From: an uncultured Chloroflexia bacterium
Lineage (GTDB): Bacteria > Chloroflexota > Limnocylindria > QHBO01
Reading direction: 5' to 3'
DNA length: 64,000 nt
Assembly: GCA_963825525.1 (NCBI GenBank)
Contig: CAWGTN010000002.1
Coordinates: 352,001-416,000 of the forward strand
The position numbers and the translations under genes are program-made. Positions 60,247-64,000 of the stretch are shown here, piece after piece. Below the pieces are notes generated by a model. That model did no database searches, was not told the origin of the DNA, and saw only the letters and a program-made list of their open reading frames with translations. Position 1 is the stretch's first letter, and each line of letters begins with the position of its first letter.

Positions 60247-61125
60247 TCAGTCGGCCGCGCGGTAGCCCCTTTCAGTCGCCTCGATCCGGATCGGCAGCGC
60301 ACCTGGGTCGTGCGTGAAGTAGCACCACCAGCCCTCCGTCGCGGCGCGCGCCACGAGCTCGTTGCGGACCTCGATGGCGTCGATCGGATAGTCGTCGTAC
60401 GCGCTGGTCCAGCGCACGGGAATCTGCCATCGGGTCGGAATCAGGTCGCCCCAGAAGATCGCACGTTCGGTCGGGTCGCCGGCGCGCCCGCGCGCGCGCT
60501 CAGTGCCCAGCAGCACGGCCTGCGAGCCGCGGGTATGGCCTCCCGTGCGAAGAACCCGAACGCCTTCCACGAGCTCCACCTCGCCATTGACTTCCGCCAG
60601 CTGGCCGGCCGCCCGCACAGCGTCCAGCTGCTCGACTTCCATGACGCCCTGCAGCCGAAGCTCGTCGCCGTGGGCCGCTTCCGCCTCGTCGCGCTGGATG
60701 ACGTAGCGCGCATTCGGAAACGCGGGGGTTCCGTCCGCACCGAGCATCCCGCCGGCATGGTCGTAGTGAAGATGAGAAACGACCACGAAGTCGATGGAGG
60801 CCGGATCCTCGCCGACCGCGCGCAGGGCCGCCACCGGGTCACCGCCCTCGACGCCCTTGATGTCGCGATCCTTGTCGCTCATCCGCACGCCGGTCCCGGT
60901 CTCGACCAGGATTCGCTTGCCGCCGGCCTCGACGAGCAGAAGGTTCAGGCGACAGGTCAATCGGCCGCGATCGTCCACCTCGACCAGCCGGCTCCACAGC
61001 GGCTTCGGCACGACGCCGAAGAAGCCGCCGGCATCGGGCCGGAACCAGCCGGAGCGCAGGACCCGGACCGACACGTTGCCGGCGAAGACGCGCGCCTCGC
61101 CAAGATGGTGGAGCGGCTCGCTCAT
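60247..61125 (-). CDS. MBL-fold metallo-hydrolase (YtnP-like)
   Basis: [35 protein letters not shown]. Confidence 0.9.
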   Translation of the reverse strand: MSEPLHHLGEARVFAGNVSVRVLRSGWFRPDAGGFFGVVPKPLWSRLVEVDDRGRLTCRLNLLLVEAGGKRILVETGTGVRMSDKDRDIKGVEGGDPVAALRAVGEDPASIDFVVVSHLHYDHAGGMLGADGTPAFPNARYVIQRDEAEAAHGDELRLQGVMEVEQLDAVRAAGQLAEVNGEVELVEGVRVLRTGGHTRGSQAVLLGTERARGRAGDPTERAIFWGDLIPTRWQIPVRWTSAYDDYPIDAIEVRNELVARAATEGWWCYFTHDPGALPIRIEATERGYRAAD

Positions 61126-61703
61126 CGGCTCACGCGGCCGCGATCGAAGTCGGCGTGGTAGCGGCTGGCCGTGGGATCCGTCTGGCCGCGGTACTTGCTC
61201 CCGATCCGCTTGTCGCCGTAGCCGATCTCGACCGGCGAGCTGAGGCGTTGGAAGCTGATCTGGCCGATCTTCATGCCGTCGTAGAGCTTGATCGGCAGGT
61301 TGGCCACGTTGCTCAGCTCGAGCGTCAGCGTGCCTTCCCAGCCCGGATCCACGTAGCCGGCCGTCGAATGGATGAGGAGGCCCAGGCGTCCCAGGCTCGA
61401 CTTGCCCTCCAGCCGCGCGACGAGGTCGTCGGGCAGGGCCACGCGTTCGAACGTGGCGCCAAGCACGAACTCGCCGGGGTGGAGGATGAATGGCTCGTCG
61501 CCGATGATCTCCACCAGCTCGGTGAGCTCCGGCTGGTCGGCCCTGGGGTCGATCACCGCAGTGCGGTTGTTCCTGAACACGCGGAAGCGATTGCCCAGGT
61601 GCAGGTCAACGCTCGATGGCTGGACAGCCTCAGGTGTGTATGGGTCAACGACGATTCGGCCCGCGTCGATCTCGGCGCGGATGTCGCGGTCGGACAGGAT
61701 CAT
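61122..61703 (-). CDS. dcd: dCTP deaminase
   Basis: [38 protein letters not shown]. Confidence 0.95.
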   Translation of the reverse strand: MILSDRDIRAEIDAGRIVVDPYTPEAVQPSSVDLHLGNRFRVFRNNRTAVIDPRADQPELTELVEIIGDEPFILHPGEFVLGATFERVALPDDLVARLEGKSSLGRLGLLIHSTAGYVDPGWEGTLTLELSNVANLPIKLYDGMKIGQISFQRLSSPVEIGYGDKRIGSKYRGQTDPTASRYHADFDRGRVSR

Positions 61704-61715
61704 GCGTCGCTGATC

Positions 61716-62180
61716 TTACGACCCCGGCCGCTGCTTGATGAGCCGATCGACTTCGCGCTGCAACGTCTCGATGTCGTCGTACGCGTGATAGACCGATGCA
61801 AAGCGGATGTAGGCCAGCTGGTCGAGCTCACGCAGGGCGTCCGTCGCCAGGCGCCCGATCTCGGTGGATGGCAGCTCGGCGTCGCCGCGGGTGCGCAGCT
61901 GGCTCTCGATGTCGTCGAGTGCGGCCTCTACCCGGTCGAGCGTCACCGGGCGCTTCTGGAGCGCCTTGAGCAGACCCGTGCGCAGCTTCTCGCGGTCGAA
62001 CTCCTGTCGGCTGCCGTCACGCTTGATGACGACGAGGCGCGCGCCCTCAGGCCGCTCGTAGGTCGTGAAGCGATATGAGCACGTCTCGCACTCTCGTCGT
62101 CGGCGGATGGTGCTCCCGGCTTCGAGGTCGCGCGAGTCGATGACGCGCGTGCCGGTCTCTTCGCAGCGTGGACATCGCAT
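61716..62180 (-). CDS. nrdR: Transcriptional repressor NrdR
   Basis: MRCPRC, VIDSR, IRRRREC..C..RFTTYE, ATP cone, YIRFASVY. Confidence 0.96.
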   Translation of the reverse strand: MRCPRCEETGTRVIDSRDLEAGSTIRRRRECETCSYRFTTYERPEGARLVVIKRDGSRQEFDREKLRTGLLKALQKRPVTLDRVEAALDDIESQLRTRGDAELPSTEIGRLATDALRELDQLAYIRFASVYHAYDDIETLQREVDRLIKQRPGS

Positions 62181-62207
62181 GAGTCTGAGCGTGGCTCCGT
62201 TGCGGAC

Positions 62208-62253
62208 TACACCAGTGGTTGTACCGTTCCGGAGAGTACCACAACATGTGGAC
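62208..62253. promoter_or_regulatory. Tandem NrdR-box-like sites
   Basis: CACAACATGTGG (62240-62251) and weaker CACCAGTGGTTG (62210-62221), 30 bp apart. Confidence 0.55.
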
Positions 62254-62266
62254 CTCGAAGCGGACG

Positions 62267-62785
62267 TCAGCGCTGGCGAGTGCGCTCCAGACGCGCGGTG
62301 ACGGATCCGTCGGCAAGCAGCCCCGGCTCCCAGTGAAGCAGGACATCCACGATCTCGGTCATGCGCAGCCGGGCGTGGGTGACGTTGGCGTGGGCCCGCT
62401 TGTAGTACGTGAACGGCTCTTCGTCGCCCGGGGGCCGATGCGGAAGCCGCGTCAGCGAGCATCCGCGCTCGGCGGTGACGATCCCGCGCAGCACGCGTTC
62501 CAGGTTGGCCTCGTACTCCATGTGGAGCCCGTGGAGATCCTCGGGCGCCATCATGCCCTGCAGGCCCATGACCTCATCGTCGAGCGTGTCCTCCTGGGCG
62601 GTGAGCCGCTCGACCGCCTCGTCGGGGTCGAGATCCCGCCGCCGGAGCGCGTCGATCTCGTCGGCGACCGAGGCGATCTGGCCGTCGATGCGCGCGGAGC
62701 GATCCGACATCTCGTTGCGGTACGCGGCCAGCTCCTTGCCGGGTCCGAAGACACTCCGTCGCCGGCCGCCGAACAGCACCTTCAT
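62267..62785 (-). CDS. Hypothetical protein
   Basis: 172-aa helical ORF; TAGGCT 6 nt before ATG. Confidence 0.65.
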   Translation of the reverse strand: MKVLFGGRRRSVFGPGKELAAYRNEMSDRSARIDGQIASVADEIDALRRRDLDPDEAVERLTAQEDTLDDEVMGLQGMMAPEDLHGLHMEYEANLERVLRGIVTAERGCSLTRLPHRPPGDEEPFTYYKRAHANVTHARLRMTEIVDVLLHWEPGLLADGSVTARLERTRQR

Positions 62786-62794
62786 GCTCGTAGC

Positions 62795-63784
62795 CTACCC
62801 GCTGGCCGACGATTTGCGGCGGCGAATCTCGGCAGTCAGGGCCGGCACGATCTGGAACAGGTCCCCGACCACGAACAGGTCCGCGAACTCGCCGATGGGA
62901 GCGTCCGGATCACGGTTGATGGCCACGACGTGCTCCGCGGTCTGCATGCCGACCCGGTGCTGGATGGCACCACTGATTCCCGCGCCGATGTAGAGCGCCG
63001 GCTTCACGACCTTGCCGGTCTGGCCGATCTGGAGCTGGTACGGGATCCAACCCGCGTCGGCCGCGGCACGCGACGCGCCGACGGCACCACCCAGCGCCTC
63101 GGCCAGCTCGCGCAGCGGGCCGAAGCCCTCCTCGCCGCCGACACCGCGGCCGCCGGCCACGATGATCGTCGCCTCCTCGAGGTTGACGACCTTTGCATCG
63201 GCCTCGTGGCTCTCGGCGACGGTTGCCTTCCCCAGTGCCGACTCGGCGGCCTCGGGCGCCCCGCTGACCTCTGCCGTGCCGGAACCGCCATCGGCGGGCG
63301 TGAACGTGTTGGCGAGCACCAGGACCACCGATGGCGTCGGGGCCCCGTCCGCCGGTCGGGCGGTGGTGATGACGCGCCCCTGCAAGGTCGCCTGCTCGGA
63401 CTCGACCACGCCGTCGACGATCCGCGCGGCGCGCACGGGGCCGAATGCCGGAAGGTCGAGCGATCCCACGAGCGCAGCAGCCAGGTCGCGTCCGTTGGGC
63501 GTTGCCGGGGCGAGGACCGCGAGGCCGGCGTCGCGTGCCGCCGCGATCGCTGCGGGCGCGTAGGTGATGGCCGGGCGATCCTCATTGCCCAGCACGATGG
63601 CGCGCGCGGCGCCATGGGCACCCAAGGCAGCGGCACCTTCGGCGGCGCCGGCTCCGTACGCCAGGGCCACGGCGCTGCCGCCGGACTGAGATGCCAGCTC
63701 GGCCGCACCGGTTGCGAGCTCGAGAGCCGAGCGGGCCGGCGCTCCGCCGGTGAACTCGGCCAGGAACAGGATGTCGTTGCTCAT
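62795..63784 (-). CDS. etfA: Electron transfer flavoprotein subunit alpha
   Basis: GGRG, GASRAA, QIGQTGK..P..Y...[10 protein letters not shown]. Confidence 0.95.
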   Translation of the reverse strand: MSNDILFLAEFTGGAPARSALELATGAAELASQSGGSAVALAYGAGAAEGAAALGAHGAARAIVLGNEDRPAITYAPAAIAAARDAGLAVLAPATPNGRDLAAALVGSLDLPAFGPVRAARIVDGVVESEQATLQGRVITTARPADGAPTPSVVLVLANTFTPADGGSGTAEVSGAPEAAESALGKATVAESHEADAKVVNLEEATIIVAGGRGVGGEEGFGPLRELAEALGGAVGASRAAADAGWIPYQLQIGQTGKVVKPALYIGAGISGAIQHRVGMQTAEHVVAINRDPDAPIGEFADLFVVGDLFQIVPALTAEIRRRKSSASG

Positions 63785-63786
63785 GG

Positions 63787-64000
63787 TCAGATCAGCTTTC
63801 GTGAGGCGAGCCAGTCGGCGATCTTGGCCGCGGCTTCGGGGGCTGGCAGGTCGGCGATCCGCTCCGTGGGAGGCTTCTCCTCCGGGGCGCGCGCATCGGT
63901 GACCTTGGTCAGGGCCGCGCCGTGGAGATCATCGGCCGAAAGGCCGACGTCACTCAGTGACCACGTCTCCATCGGCTTGCGCTTGGCGGCCATGATGCCC
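63787..64000 (-). CDS. etfB: Electron transfer flavoprotein subunit beta (C-terminal part)
   Basis: GIMAAKRKP...L.DVG; directly upstream of etfA. Confidence 0.85.
   Translation of the reverse strand, partial: GIMAAKRKPMETWSLSDVGLSADDLHGAALTKVTDARAPEEKPPTERIADLPAPEAAAKIADWLASRKLI

Noticed and set aside
60247-61125. YtnP-like hydrolase as a quorum-quenching partner of the peptide systems
   Set aside because: Lactonases act on lactones rather than peptides, and its context is nrdR-dcd.

Overview
High-GC bacterial chromosomal segment, probably Chloroflexota (inferred from gene content and protein styles, not verified). It holds about 75 CDS and two tRNAs, Val(GAC) and Arg(CCT). Recognisable modules include paaABC, a PilZ-bearing cellulose-synthase-like GT2, NHEJ genes ligD and ku, a long minus-strand operon (peptide-binding protein, peptidase, DUF881 pair, tldD/tldE, MFS, GT2, amidohydrolase), a copper/cytochrome c cluster, nrdR-dcd and etfBA. 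About a dozen genes are split by single-base indels, most likely long-read assembly errors. The main candidate for an undescribed system is at 16420-18134: an XRE-HTH/TPR (RRNPP-like) receptor, a divergent 41-aa secreted propeptide (predicted mature peptide VTGGADFPLRR), a candidate ~75-nt sRNA, and a CAA-N7-TTGACCGTG motif repeated at both flanking promoters. A second candidate peptide-signalling locus is a ComP/ComA-like two-component pair with a divergent 31-aa peptide beside tRNA-Arg. Five sigma54-type promoters precede general-stress genes and Ku, and many genes appear to be leaderless. No CRISPR array, integrase or transposase was seen.
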